Shown in pieces: positions 1 through 11,279 of a stretch of 32,000 nt of DNA (the stretch's first letter is position 1; the number at the start of each line of letters is the position of its first letter). The stretch spans positions 180,001 to 212,000 of the forward strand of contig NW_008806276.1 of assembly GCF_000400465.1 (NCBI RefSeq). Direction: 5' to 3'. This stretch comes from Wallemia ichthyophaga EXF-994. Lineage: Eukaryota; Fungi; Basidiomycota. The position numbers and the translations under genes are program-made. The notes beneath the pieces are model-generated. The model was not told the origin of the DNA and searched no databases. It saw only the letters and a list, made by a program, of their open reading frames with translations.

Positions 1-242
1 GCTGTCAAAATTAGTTTCTTCTATTTATGAATTATGTACTATAATAGTAAAACTTGTGTACAATTGTGAAACAATCTTATCAGCTACCAGGAATGTCTGA
101 AATGCCAAGCGAGCACGCCAAAGGCAAGAAAACCCTTTAAAGGTGACGGCTATTGAAAGTTAAGAAATTGAAGCTATCAAAAGCCATTAAATATTTCAAT
201 GGCTTTAAATAGGTTAAATATCCTTTGCGAGTATCCACCAAG

Positions 243-1771
243 ATGGGACTGATGGAATTAAAATTAGAGGATAAGGATAAGCAATCATCGAAGATTGTTG
301 CAGAAGACACAAGGGTTGTCATCCGAACTCCAAAGGCCAACACTACGAAGAAGGCAAGCAGAAGTTGTAAAAGCTGTTTTAATAGAGGAAATTACGAGCC
401 GATTGACTCAGTTGTGGGACATGAGACTCACCTCACCTATTACAGAATTGTCAGTTGCAGCATCAACATCGAAGGCTATGTGCACCTATCAGTCGTGTCT
501 TCTCAACATGACAACAAGCTCATGAGCTTTGAGGGGAATCCATTGAATATGTCAATTGAGCAGGCGAGAGATTTCTTGCACGGATTGCGCGTTAAGGCTG
601 GTGAGTTTGTCGCTGCCTTGTGTTGCCATGCTAATTAATAAAGGCATCCCTCGAGCAAGGAAGTTGAAGGTATTGGTCAATCCTGTAGGAGGCCAAGGAA
701 ATGCAATCAGGTATTACAATGAAAGAGTCTTCCCTATTTTGAGATCATCTGGATGCACAGTAGATTTGCAAAGTAAGTTTATCAGATACTCATTCCGTTT
801 CCTTCTAATAATCAAAAGTGCTGGAATACAAGTTACATGCTTTTGACATTGCTAAAGAAATGGATCTCTCTTATGACGCCATAGTCTGTGTTAGTGGAGA
901 TGGTGCTGTACACGAAGTGCTAAACGGGTTCTTACACCACCAAAACCCAATCAAGGCAATACAAACACCACTTTGTCCAATCCCTGCTGGTTCTGGCAAC
1001 AGTCTGAGCTTGTGCTTGTTAGGTTTGGAGGAAGGGTTTGACATCAGCTTGGCAACACTCAACGCAATCAAAGGCCACGCCATGCCCTTGGATTTGTTCT
1101 CAATTATGCAAGGCAACAAGCGCACATTATCGTATCTCACTCAAGCCACTGGTTTAATGGCAGATTTAGATATCGGTACTGAGGATATGAGATGGCTGGG
1201 CGATACACGATTCGTAATTGGTTACGTGCGCTCTCTTGTCAGAAATGCGCCATGCCCCTGCGAAATCTACATCAAGGTAGAGCACGATGACAAAAATCAA
1301 ATGGTCAATTGGGTACGCGAAAGACATTTGGACACACCGGTTCCTGTACCTCAGTATACGGGAAGTGAGTTACCAAAAGTACAGTATCCAAATGGTCCTG
1401 AATTTGATTGGGAAAAGGTCTCCGATGACATCTCCTACCTATATGCTGGACAGGTGCCCTGGGTTAGCAGGGACTTGAAACAATTTCCCGTTTCCATGCC
1501 AAACGACGGCTTCATAGATGTTGCCGTTCAGCTGAATGTCTCACGTATGCAAAAGATAAAGGCTATGGATGGTGCCGAGAACGGTGCTATGTTCTTTGAC
1601 GATTCATTAAAGTACTACAAAGCTAAAGCTTATCACTTCAAACCATTACAAACCGATGGATATATCTCAATCGACGGAGAAAGTGCACCAATCCTGCCAT
1701 TCACAGTAGAAATAATGCCCAGCTTAGCAAGAGTATTATCCCCATATTATACCTGGAACAACCAATTTTAA
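243..1771 (+). CDS. LCB4: Sphingoid long-chain base (sphingosine) kinase, DAG-kinase catalytic family; 3 exons (introns 601-643, 773-818)
   Basis: Spliced ORFs give the SphK motifs VLVNPVGGQG, VSGDG, PIPAGSGN, ADLDIGTE and C-terminal IDGE. Both introns have GTGAGT/GTAAGT donors, CTAAT branch sites and AAG acceptors and keep the frame. The start ATG (243) is the best guess; the LCB4 versus LCB5 assignment is not resolvable. Confidence 0.9.
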
Positions 1772-1957
1772 AACAGACAAGGACGATTAGAATCAAGAAC
1801 AATTTCGTGTAATTTTTTGACAACAAATTAAGCATTAAAAGTAAGTTGTGTGATCGGCATAAGTGATAAATAAAAATGAGTCATTGAAATCATAAGAAGC
1901 GAGTGAAATGATTGAGTAAAATGGGTAGAAAGAAGTGATTAGATTGAGCGATGTAAG

Positions 1958-4900
1958 TTAGTCCCGTTCTTTGTTTAATGAGCTTCGACTAAAGTTGGCA
2001 AATTTAGACGACTTGCTTGGTTTCTTAGAGGTGACTGATTGATTATCGCCCGGATCGAGACTTTCACGATTCCTCACTGAGGAAGTCGATGGTCTACCTT
2101 CATTAGGTGACCATTGTAGCCTGACTGTGACATAACCGTTACCTCCAAGCAATTCAATATCAAATTCAGCTGCTTGAGTTGTTAGCAAGATATTTTTGTT
2201 CACACAAAATATAACACCCACCTGAAGTTTCGTTCTTCTCTGGATGAATGTATTGGCCAATCATGATATTATTGTAGCCAATTTGACGATCACCGAAGAG
2301 ATGCTTGTCAACAATCTCTACACTAAACGTTGGCTTTTCAGGTTTAGTGTGCAAAAGGAAAGTTTCATCGAAAGAAGGTTCGGAACTCTTAGAGAGTGCC
2401 TTTCCTTCGATCTTGTATCTTCCCATTCTCAACACAGGTCTGGCTTTAGGCAACTCACGACCTTCTCCTTTAAGATCCCATGCTCTGACGACAGTTACAT
2501 TCAAATCACCTGAGTCGACTTTCGATGCAGGTCTATCGCGCTGAGCATCTGACATCAATTCTCTGGGAGCATCCGCTTCGTCATCTACGAAACCTTCGCT
2601 TCCAGTAGAGGAAGGCTTTTTGGAGAAGCCGAAAATTTGACCAGCCTTGCCGAAAACGCCGCCGACATTATTGCCGATGAAGCCAGCGCCTGAGATGGCG
2701 CCCTTGCCGATATGACCGGCACCATGGGCGACTCCCTTTCCAGCTCCAATACCAATACCGCCGACCTGCGTGAGAGCTCTGCCAGCTTGGCTGAAAGTCG
2801 AAGTGCGCGCACGCGTCTTGACGATGAATGAGGGTTTGAAGACGTAACTGACTTTGATCGTGCCCTGGTCACCGCTTTCGCCATCTTTGAGATCGTAAGT
2901 GAATTCAGTCGACTCGAGTGGCTCGAATGCAGTCAAGTCCACCTTGGCAACACCGAGTAAATCGGCTGCTGACAACCTGTCCCAGTCATAAACTTCAATC
3001 GTGAAGTTTCCATCGACTCTGTTAGGAACCTGGACTTCGAAGAATTCTTCCCACTCTGGATGCAACGTTTTCTTCTTCGTTTCAGTCTTGTATACTCTCT
3101 CGCCGTTGAGGAGAAAAACGGCGTATGGATCAGATTTACCATTGCGATCTGCACTTGCAAGCCCCTTGGCATTGTGGACTTCGACTCTGAGATTGCCCTG
3201 GTTGTTGACAGACTCTCTGAGACTGAGGTCGATATCAACGGGGATGTACTTAGACAAAACCTTCACCTTGGACTGATTATCGCCTGCATCTGATAGAGTA
3301 AATTCTGCCTCTTTGTTGAGCGTGCGGTAGAAAAATTCTCTCATATCCATGCTTGTCTCAGCGTAAACCTGATCATCCTCTTCTTGTGAACCTGTGTTCA
3401 ATCTAATTCTCAGCTGTGAGAATGAAAGCTCGCGGACCATAGCTTCTCCAATGAAATTCCAGTTGGCGTTCTTCGAACGCGCCTTCTCGGTGGTGATCGA
3501 AGGCCAGATTGCGTCGTCAATGAGGAACTCAAGTCGCGTGTTCCTCTGTGCCACCTGTCCTGTATCGCACTTGACAACTATGATTCCCGACTCTAGATAG
3601 TGTTTTGGTGAGATACTAATCAGCATAAATTATTTAACTCACCTCTTTCAAGTAACTCATCTTCATTTAATTCCAAACCAGCACTTTCCTCTTCTTCGGC
3701 AGATGATTTTTCTTTACCCTTTTCATCGCTCTCTCCGTCAATGTTCTCTTCCTTGGCATTCTCTTCCTCCTCCTTCTTGTCTTCTTCCTCTTTCTTCTTT
3801 ACATCTTCCGCAGACTCGAAGGTACTTCCCTTAATCTTCCAAGCAGGGACAAAGTCAGCCTCGAATTCTAGTTCACCCTTATAACCACCCTTGTCAAGCT
3901 TCATAGGAGACGTACGTCTATTTACTCCAGTAGCCATGTATGGTTTGTTCTTTCTCTCGTTCTCATCATCGTTGGGTCTGATAATATCTCTAGCTCTAAG
4001 AGTTGTGTGTCCCAATGGTCTGTCTTTGCCCTGGCTCTGGTAGTCGGCAGCTTCCAAGTAAACGATATCTCTGAGAGAGTGGATCGGTATGTAGAGAACC
4101 TCATTCCATACAGGATTGAGGTTATTATCGATAATATTCGTTCTAGCTTGCACTCTACCAGCGATAATGGCCTTAACGTAAGGATCACTTTTACCGCCGA
4201 AAGCGATCTCAACGTTCTTCAGGTCGTTTGCACGCTTGCAGAAGACTCTCAACAGTCCGATAGGTGGAGTGTACTGGCCTGCTACATCCAGCGCATCATC
4301 CATAGCCACTGACTTGAACGACGCGGACATTCTGATTTTACCACCGTCTTTAGCCAAATCAAACCACTTTCCTTCCTTCTCATTGGTCTCAAGCAAATCA
4401 CTGACATTGACATTGACATGCGCGATTGGGATTGACGCCTTGAAGTTGTGCGCGTGATACACCTTGACTTTCAAACTCGTCTTGTCTTTGTTGGTGACGA
4501 GAAATTCGCCGTGGGAGTCCCATTCAGGCGAATTTGTACCTCTGATCATTTTTGTTTGCTGGACTTGCTTATTTTTCAAGTAAACGCTGGCGGAAGGGTT
4601 TACACGACCAACCTTGGACGCATCTGTGTTGAGATCCTTGGCTTCGTGGATGTATAGTCTGACAACACCAGTTGGGAGATCTGGAACAGCTTCAAGTGAG
4701 TCTCCTTCCTTTGGTGGCTCCATGACTGGGTAGTAGCTCAGATCAAATATGATATCACCTTTTTCTCTACCATTATTGTAGAGCTTTGTCATGACATGTT
4801 CTTGCAAAGGATCATCGGCTAGGGATTGGATGTTGTATGTGGCTAAACCAATGTCTGAGTCTTTGCGATAATCATTGTAATCATAAACGTTAAGTACCAG

Positions 4901-6722
4901 CTGGTCGTTGAGAGAGTTGACGAGTAAATACTTTGTTTCCATCCAGAATGGGTTGTTGGTAGACTTATGAATCGTTGTTTTGTCGTTTATTGTCTTGGAG
5001 TTACCAAGTCTGACGGTAGTGTATGGATTTGGTTCACCACCACCGACTTTGATGGAACGCAGACCTCTAGCTTGACGAAGAGTGAGTACCAATACACCGC
5101 ATGCGGAATCGAGAGCACCGCCAGCGAGAATTTCTTGCAAGTTGATTGTAAAGACGTTAGGATCGAAAATAAGTGGTTGCATCATGTTAAATATCTGTTC
5201 TCTGATAAAGGTGGTCAAACCAGGAATGTAGTTGACATCCAAGCCAGAGTGTTCACCACCGATTGGTATGGCCATGTAGTCGAATTCAGGTTTTTCGATG
5301 AATGACAGATCAACCAATTTGATGTGAGGGAAGTCATTAATCAGGGTAAGATTGACTCTTATGTTACCAGTAAAGCTAAATTCCTTGAGCACAACAGGCA
5401 GACTGACTGAGTATTTACCTTTACCGATAACGGCTTGTAGGACAATCTTTGGGTTGACAGTGCCTTCTGTCTGACCTTCTCCGAGTGCACCCAAGTCTGC
5501 TGGTGTAAATGAAACGTGCCAATCCATGGTGATTTGGTTGTCGGCGGTCGATGGCCATGTTCTGACCTTGAGAATGCGCGGCGCTTTGCTACCAAGGGTG
5601 AGATAACGAAGTCTCGCAGACCTTACGAATCCAGGCTTGCGCTCAGCTATTATAGGCTCAACACTGTTGATAGCTTTTTCACAGATGTATGGCTCGAGGT
5701 GCTCCCAGAAGTTGATTAGTAGATTGTTGACCCAGTCAGCTGACTGAGCCTCTGTTGCAAGTGGAGGTTTCATCAGTTGCCTGGAAATTCCCTCTCTGAC
5801 TTCGTGATCAACTTTTGAGATACTAATATTGTAATAAGTAACAGCAGCTACTGCAACGACAGCCTGTGGGCCCAGGCTGAAGTTGAAGTAGGCAAGAATG
5901 TAAGTGAGTATAGAAGAGACTAAAACGACAGCAGCGTTGTGAAACCATTGTCCATAGAACTTTTCGGGAAGCAAAGTGGAAGTACCATCATCATCATCGA
6001 CACCGTTGAGTTCAACAGAATGAGCGCCTAAGCTGTCTGGGATTTCTTTATCCCTCATGTACCATTTTGGGAGGGAAGTAGAAGGTAACTCATCTGTGGA
6101 GCTGGACAAGTTACCAGGAATATCTTCAACAGCGTAGATAGGACCAGATTCGAAAGCAGCTTCGCCTTCTTTTTTTGTGCTTTGCTGAGGAGTTGACTTC
6201 TGCTGAACTGCAGGAACTTTTGAAGGTTTTGGCTTTGCTGGAGAGTATGTGAGTGTAGGAGAGGGAGATTGTTGGAGACATACGTGGCTCTTCTTTTGGA
6301 GTTGAAGGCTTTGGAAGGTTATCTCCTTCTACACCATAATTTTGATCATTCTTTTGCTCCTCAAGTAATTCAGCTTCTTTGTTGGTTGTGGATTCGTTTG
6401 GATCGAAAGAGTGAACAGGCGCATGCTTTGCAGCCTTCTTAAAGAGAGCTTTAACTTCATTTTCGTTAACGTGGTCGCTATCTTCCCGAGAAATACCAAA
6501 TCTAGGTACAGGAATCGGACCGAATTTCTTCCAAGAAAAACCGGATTTATCAGGTTTATCAGATTTATCATTTGACTTGTTGTTACTGTCATTTGGGATT
6601 TGTGGAACTGGAGGGACATCTTCTTGATGCTGTGGCTGTGGCTGAGGGGCTTTAGAGGATGCGATTGAAGAGGTCCTCGATCTACGCTTGAAAATACCTG
6701 AAGACCGCCTTGAATCTGACAT
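1958..6722 (-). CDS. Tricalbin / extended synaptotagmin (ER-plasma membrane tether: TM hairpin, SMP domain, multiple C2 domains); 4 exons (introns 6238-6283, 3593-3642, 2173-2221)
   Basis: N-terminal VHSFDP motif, hydrophobic hairpin (WFHNAAVVLVSSILTYILAYF), SMP start (SADWVNNLLINFW...LGSKAPRI), and C2 domains (GVLVLTLRQARGL, GKSDPYVK, GNLRVEVHNAKGLASADRNGKSDPY). Three canonical introns join four ORFs in frame. Confidence 0.93.
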
Positions 6723-6895
6723 GTGCTGCTGCGAATGGGGGAATTACGTCGTGGGTGAAATTCAAGGGAAGAAACTGGGAAATTTGGGAGAAAGATGAAT
6801 AAAAAGATATACATTGAGTAATTAAATAATTAATATAATTGATATATCGGGTTGAATACTGTTAATTACACACAGCCAACAACCGTTACAACAGA

Positions 6896-7701
6896 ATGAG
6901 TGAGAATCAAAAGCCAGTACAAGTGAAGCTCGTCCTTCTTGGGGAAGCAGCCGTTGGAAAATCATCCGTCGTTCTGAGGTTCGTTCAAAATGATTTCCAG
7001 GAGTACAAAGAGCCTACGATTGGTGCAGCATTCTTGAGTGGGTGGGGAGTTTAATAATAACTAATTTAACATCAATAAACAGCCCAAAAGTGTAGATTAG
7101 AGGATAAAGTGATTAAATTTGAGATATGGGATACTGCTGGTCAGGAAAGGTTTAGGAGTTTGGCACCAATGTGGGTTTTGAGATGCTTTCAATAAAATCC
7201 ACTTAGAATACTCTCAGGTACTACCGTAACGCTCTCTCTGCTGTAGTCGTTTACGATATAACTTCATCATCCAGCTTCGACAAGGCAAAGAGTTGGGTTA
7301 AGGAACTCCAACGACAGGCCTCTCCAAATGTCATTATAGCCCTTGTCGGTAACAAGCTTGACTTGGTTGAGAAATCTGAGGAGAATGAGGATTATTTAGA
7401 TGACGTAGCATCATTCGATCAAAACGCAGTCTCAGAACCAAGCCAAACTCATTCAAGGGCCATCTCACGTGATGAAGCTCAAGCTTACGCTGAAGAGAGC
7501 AATCTTCTCTTCTTTGAAACATCCGCAAAGACTAGTGAAGGCGTTGTTGAAGTTTTTACTGAAATTGCAAAGAAGATTCCACATGAGCAGATCCTCAATT
7601 CCACTAAATCCAGAGCCCAGGATCAATCACAGCAGAACAACGTAAGCCTCAACTCAACCGAGAACCAACCAAAGCAAGTCGGAGACAATTGTGCCTGTTG
7701 A
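6896..7701 (+). CDS. VPS21: Rab5-family GTPase (Vps21/Ypt51-like); 3 exons
   Basis: Manual translation gives [54 protein letters not shown] and ETSAK, with a C-terminal CxC prenylation motif (CAC*). Confidence 0.92.
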
Positions 7702-7835
7702 GTACCCTTTTCTTAATTATACCAGACACATAAATCGCTTTTTGATGAATATTTTGATTTTTAACAATCGAGTGGGGTGAACTGAGCTGAGAATTCCCCT
7801 ACGAAACAACCACCAACTCAACGAATCAACGAAAA

Positions 7836-8831
7836 ATGGCACCTGTTGAAGGAAAGAAAGGCTTTTCATGGTCAAACATCGCTGTAGGTAGCGTAATGAA
7901 CATGTTTGAAGGTTAGTATTTTGTCTCCTTCCTGTTTGCTATAAGTATCTTACAAACATAAGTATCTACACTTGGTCAGCCACTTGAAGTTTGTAAGACT
8001 ACTCTCTCCGCTCAAAGATCCTTGTCCATGCGTCAAGCCATTTCTCTCATTTACTCGCGTGGTGGTCTCGCTGGTTTCTATCAAGGTCTGATACCATGGG
8101 TGAGTCCTTCTTGAGACACCTTCTACCCATCTCTTTGACACCGTAACCAGGCCTGGATCGAAGCTTCTACAAAAGGCGCCGTTCTTCTTTTCACCGCCGC
8201 TGAAATTGAAAAATACTCCGTTACTGCCGGGATAAGTCCTGCTGCCGCCGGTTTACTCGGTGGTATGGGTGGTGGTATCGCTCAAGCATACGCTACTATG
8301 GGTTTCTGCACCTGTATGAAGACTGCTGAAATTACAAGACACAAGGAGGCCGCATCAGGCATCACCCCTCCATCAACCTGGAAAGTCTTTGGTGATATCT
8401 ACAAAGCTGAGGGTATTGCCGGTATCAACAAAGGTGTCAACGCTGTCGCTCTCCGTCAAATGACCAACTGGGGTTCAAGAATGGGTTTTGCTCGTCTCTC
8501 AGAGAGTCTCATTAGAAAGGCTAGGGGTAAGACAGATGGTGAAAAGCTCAACTTGGCAGACAAGGTCGCTTCTGCTACCTTTGGTGGTGCACTCGCTACT
8601 TGGAATCAACCAATCGAGGTTGTTAGAGTTGAGATGCAATCTATGAGCAAGAGCGCTGACGTCGCCAACAAGCCAAACGGCGTCTTCGGTACTCTCGGCT
8701 ACATCTACAAGGAGAACGGTGTCAAGGGCCTATACCGCGGTGTCACCCCTAGAATCGGTCTCGGTGTTTGGCAAACTATCTGTATGGTTACTTTTAGTGA
8801 TATGGTCCGCGAAGCTCTCGGTGCCAAGTAA
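7836..8831 (+). CDS. YHM2: Mitochondrial carrier, citrate/2-oxoglutarate carrier (Yhm2-like); 3 exons
   Basis: Spliced translation includes [58 protein letters not shown] and [10 protein letters not shown], which are Yhm2-family signatures. Confidence 0.92.
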
Positions 8832-9233
8832 GCCAAGCAAAGCACTTATATCATTCTGTCATTACTTAAAATGTCGTTGTTGTCGTAGGAAATATCATAA
8901 AAGCATGTCATAAACTTTTTTCATTGAATCCATATCGTTGTCATAAAATTCTGTTGCGAGGACAGTTTCTGTCACGATTTACCTTTCGCGTACCTCTCAC
9001 AAATTCAGCGGTGCTAAATTTTTCACTATGCTAAAATTCGATTCAAGAGTACGTAAATCAGCGTTCTTGTAATAGATATGCAACATACAATAAAAAAATC
9101 TCACTACGCCAGAGAAGATCTGAACTAGCTCACATTCCTAACTGCGGTTTTTTTATCAACACATTTCCCCTATTCGCGCTGAATATCACGCTAAATTAAT
9201 AAAGATTGTAAAGTTAGTGCGGAATGAGTAGAG

Positions 9234-9240
9234 TATAAAT
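9234..9240 (+). promoter_or_regulatory. TATA box of the hydrophobin gene
   Basis: TATAAAT about 50 nt upstream of the ATG at 9292, followed by a C/T-rich leader. Confidence 0.55.
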
Positions 9241-9291
9241 ACCTACCGCCTACCTTCCTTCTTTCCACACAACTCATCTCCAATCTTTACA

Positions 9292-9760
9292 ATGATCGCT
9301 CAAACCATTTTCGCTACCGCCCTCATCGCCTCTGTTTCGGCCGGATGGGAAGACAAGAGCAAGATTGGCTCATGTAACACCGGCAAAGTTTCATGCTGTA
9401 AGTTTGGGAGATGTTTAGCTTGACACCATCTCACACCGCCAAGGCGACTTGAACAAGAAGGCTCAATCTAGCACCGGCAAGGATGACTCTCTCATCTCCA
9501 CTGGTGACATTGCTTCTCAAATCGGTGTTCAGTGTGACCAAGTCCCTCTCCTTATCGGTGTTGCATTGCAAGGTTTGTACCTTTTCGTCACCTTGAACAA
9601 TGCTAACAAAACGCTAGATGAATGTAAAAACACCCCAGTCTGTTGCGAGGACATGGAATCAGATGGTCTCATTGGTTTGGGTGCGTTGACGCGTTTGCCG
9701 TGATACCTTTTGCATTGCTAACTTGACACTTCAGGCTGTACCCCTCTCCCAATCATTTAA
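9292..9760 (+). CDS. Class I hydrophobin, about 107 aa; 4 exons (first intron 9398-9443)
   Basis: Signal peptide MIAQTIFATALIASVSA, then eight Cys spaced C-X6-CC-X29-C-X14-C-X5-CC-X12-C after removing three short GT-AG introns. Only partly captured by the ORF track. Confidence 0.92.
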
Positions 9761-9950
9761 GCTGGCGCTTTTAACCTCCTACAAACTGTTTAGCTTTTGT
9801 AATACTACTATTAATCTCGGGTTTTAGACGTTCTCTGAGAGTGAGGATCAGTCTTTTCAAAGACTCAGTATCTTCACAAAAATTTTAATCTAGGCTTAGT
9901 ATACAAGTAGAACTATGGAAAGAAGCTGTTTAAAAATTGGTGCAAACATC

Positions 9951-9961
9951 AAAAAGCAAAA
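9951..9961 (-). terminator. RNA polymerase III terminator (T4 then T5) downstream of the permuted tRNA 5' half
   Basis: The minus strand after G37 reads TTAAAG TTTT GC TTTTT. Confidence 0.65.
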
Positions 9962-9967
9962 CTTTAA

Positions 9968-10044
9968 CCGTAGTCGAATACTCTACCATTGAGCCAGCCG
10001 GCCGCAGTGACCGACGCAGGGCTCGAAACCTGCAACCTTTCGAT
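9968..10044 (-). tRNA. Circularly permuted tRNA-Arg(ACG): 3' half (10044-10008), 4-nt spacer CTGC (10007-10004), 5' half (10003-9968)
   Basis: Minus strand reads ATCGAA AGGTT GCAGG TTTCGAGC CCTGC GTCGGTC A / CTGC / GGCCGGC TG GCTC AATGGTA GAGT A TTCGA CT ACG G. Swapping the halves gives a 73-nt cloverleaf: 7-bp acceptor stem (2 G-U), D stem, anticodon stem TTCGA/TCGAA, T stem GCAGG/CCTGC. The D arm is identical to the ordinary tRNA-Arg(TCT) in this window. One anomaly: an 8-nt T loop. Confidence 0.82.
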
Positions 10045-10126
10045 ATCAGCTTCTCCCATTGAGATATTTCGAACTGAGAGAGTACTGTTGAGCTTATGTG
10101 CTGATTCTGTTACACGCAAAGAATAA

Positions 10127-10795
10127 ATGCAAAAATTTTACAAAACATTCAATTCCCATTGTATCCCAGGAGATGTGGATATCTACGGCAACGAACTAGC
10201 AGACACCGCTAACGATGGTAGAACACTGCCGATCCACAGGACTATGTGGTGTCACCTAACACTTAAAACTTCATACTCAGCAATGCGAAGCAGAATGCGC
10301 GAGCGCTATACAGCACCACTAAAAGTAGATGCCTCCAAAATATCAGACATTAAGTTCAACGCCGCAAAAACATCAGCTGGAAGGCTGACAGCAGCAAAAA
10401 CGGCCAAGATACTCAATGAACTGCCCAGAGCAACGAGATGCCTAACCACCCAGCTACGCTCGGGGCATTTACCTGCGACTAAGTCCTACCTTAAACGTTT
10501 CCGACTGATTGATTCACCTAAATGCAGTGCGTGTGGCACAGAGGACACCATCTCGCATAGAATCTTCTGCAAAAGACATATAATGGCCAGAATCACATTA
10601 AGAAAAAATATTACCAAGATCAATATTCGGTTCGAATTAGTTCCAATACTCAGAAACGCACATTCTCTACGAGCCCTTTACGAGTTCTTCAAACTGCAAT
10701 TGACTACGTACCAAAGATATTCCAGTGGTTCAGCGCAATTGAGAACCAATAACAATTTACAAATTACGACGCTAAACGAGAAACGCCTCCAGTAA
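10127..10795 (+). mobile_element. 5'-truncated non-LTR retrotransposon (LINE, Tad/I-like) ORF2 remnant: C-terminal end of RNase H plus CCHC zinc-knuckle region
   Basis: CIPGDVDIYGNELAD resembles the RNase H motif W[VI]PGHxxIxGNExAD. TQLRSGH followed by CSACGTEDTISHRIFC resembles the LINE C-terminal CCHC region. No RT or endonuclease is present. The 222-codon frame is open. Confidence 0.72.
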
Positions 10796-11279
10796 ATTCG
10801 GCGCCCCCTTTGACTCCTCATTCTTTAAGAAGTATTGTTAGAGGCAGTCTAAACATTTATCGTGTTAACAATATATTCAGGTCAATTTTAGACTAAGACA
10901 CCAGAGAGTGTCATGGAAGTAAGAAATTTATCTTAAATGTATCAATAAAGACCCATTATTTTTTTATAAACCTCTAAAGCCCAGCGAGAGTGGCAAATAT
11001 TTCATTTACTGCCGTGGGATTTCTCTCGAGTGACGAGGAGGGCTTTGTGAGAATCTTGTAAATAGTCTCAACCTTAGCAATTTACATCCTGCTAAATTGA
11101 AATACAAGTTATCATCTCATACGCGTGGAATTGATTGCGTTATCTAAGGCAATGACGAAAGCAGGCGTAGGTTGTTGCAATAATAATTGGCCGCACTTGT
11201 ATATTCTTCAAATAAATCACTTTAATCTATTCCTTTCAAATTATTTTGAAAATTGCATCTTCTTTCTCCCAAACCACCA

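Noticed and set aside
93-140. Upstream ATG (93) as the start of the sphingoid base kinase
   Set aside because: In-frame TAA at 138 and no convincing intron to bypass it.
9900-10100. Two tandem conventional tRNA-Arg genes as the explanation of the half order
   Set aside because: No T arm or acceptor 3' strand follows the 5' half before several T-runs, and only a degenerate D-arm-like motif precedes the 3' half.
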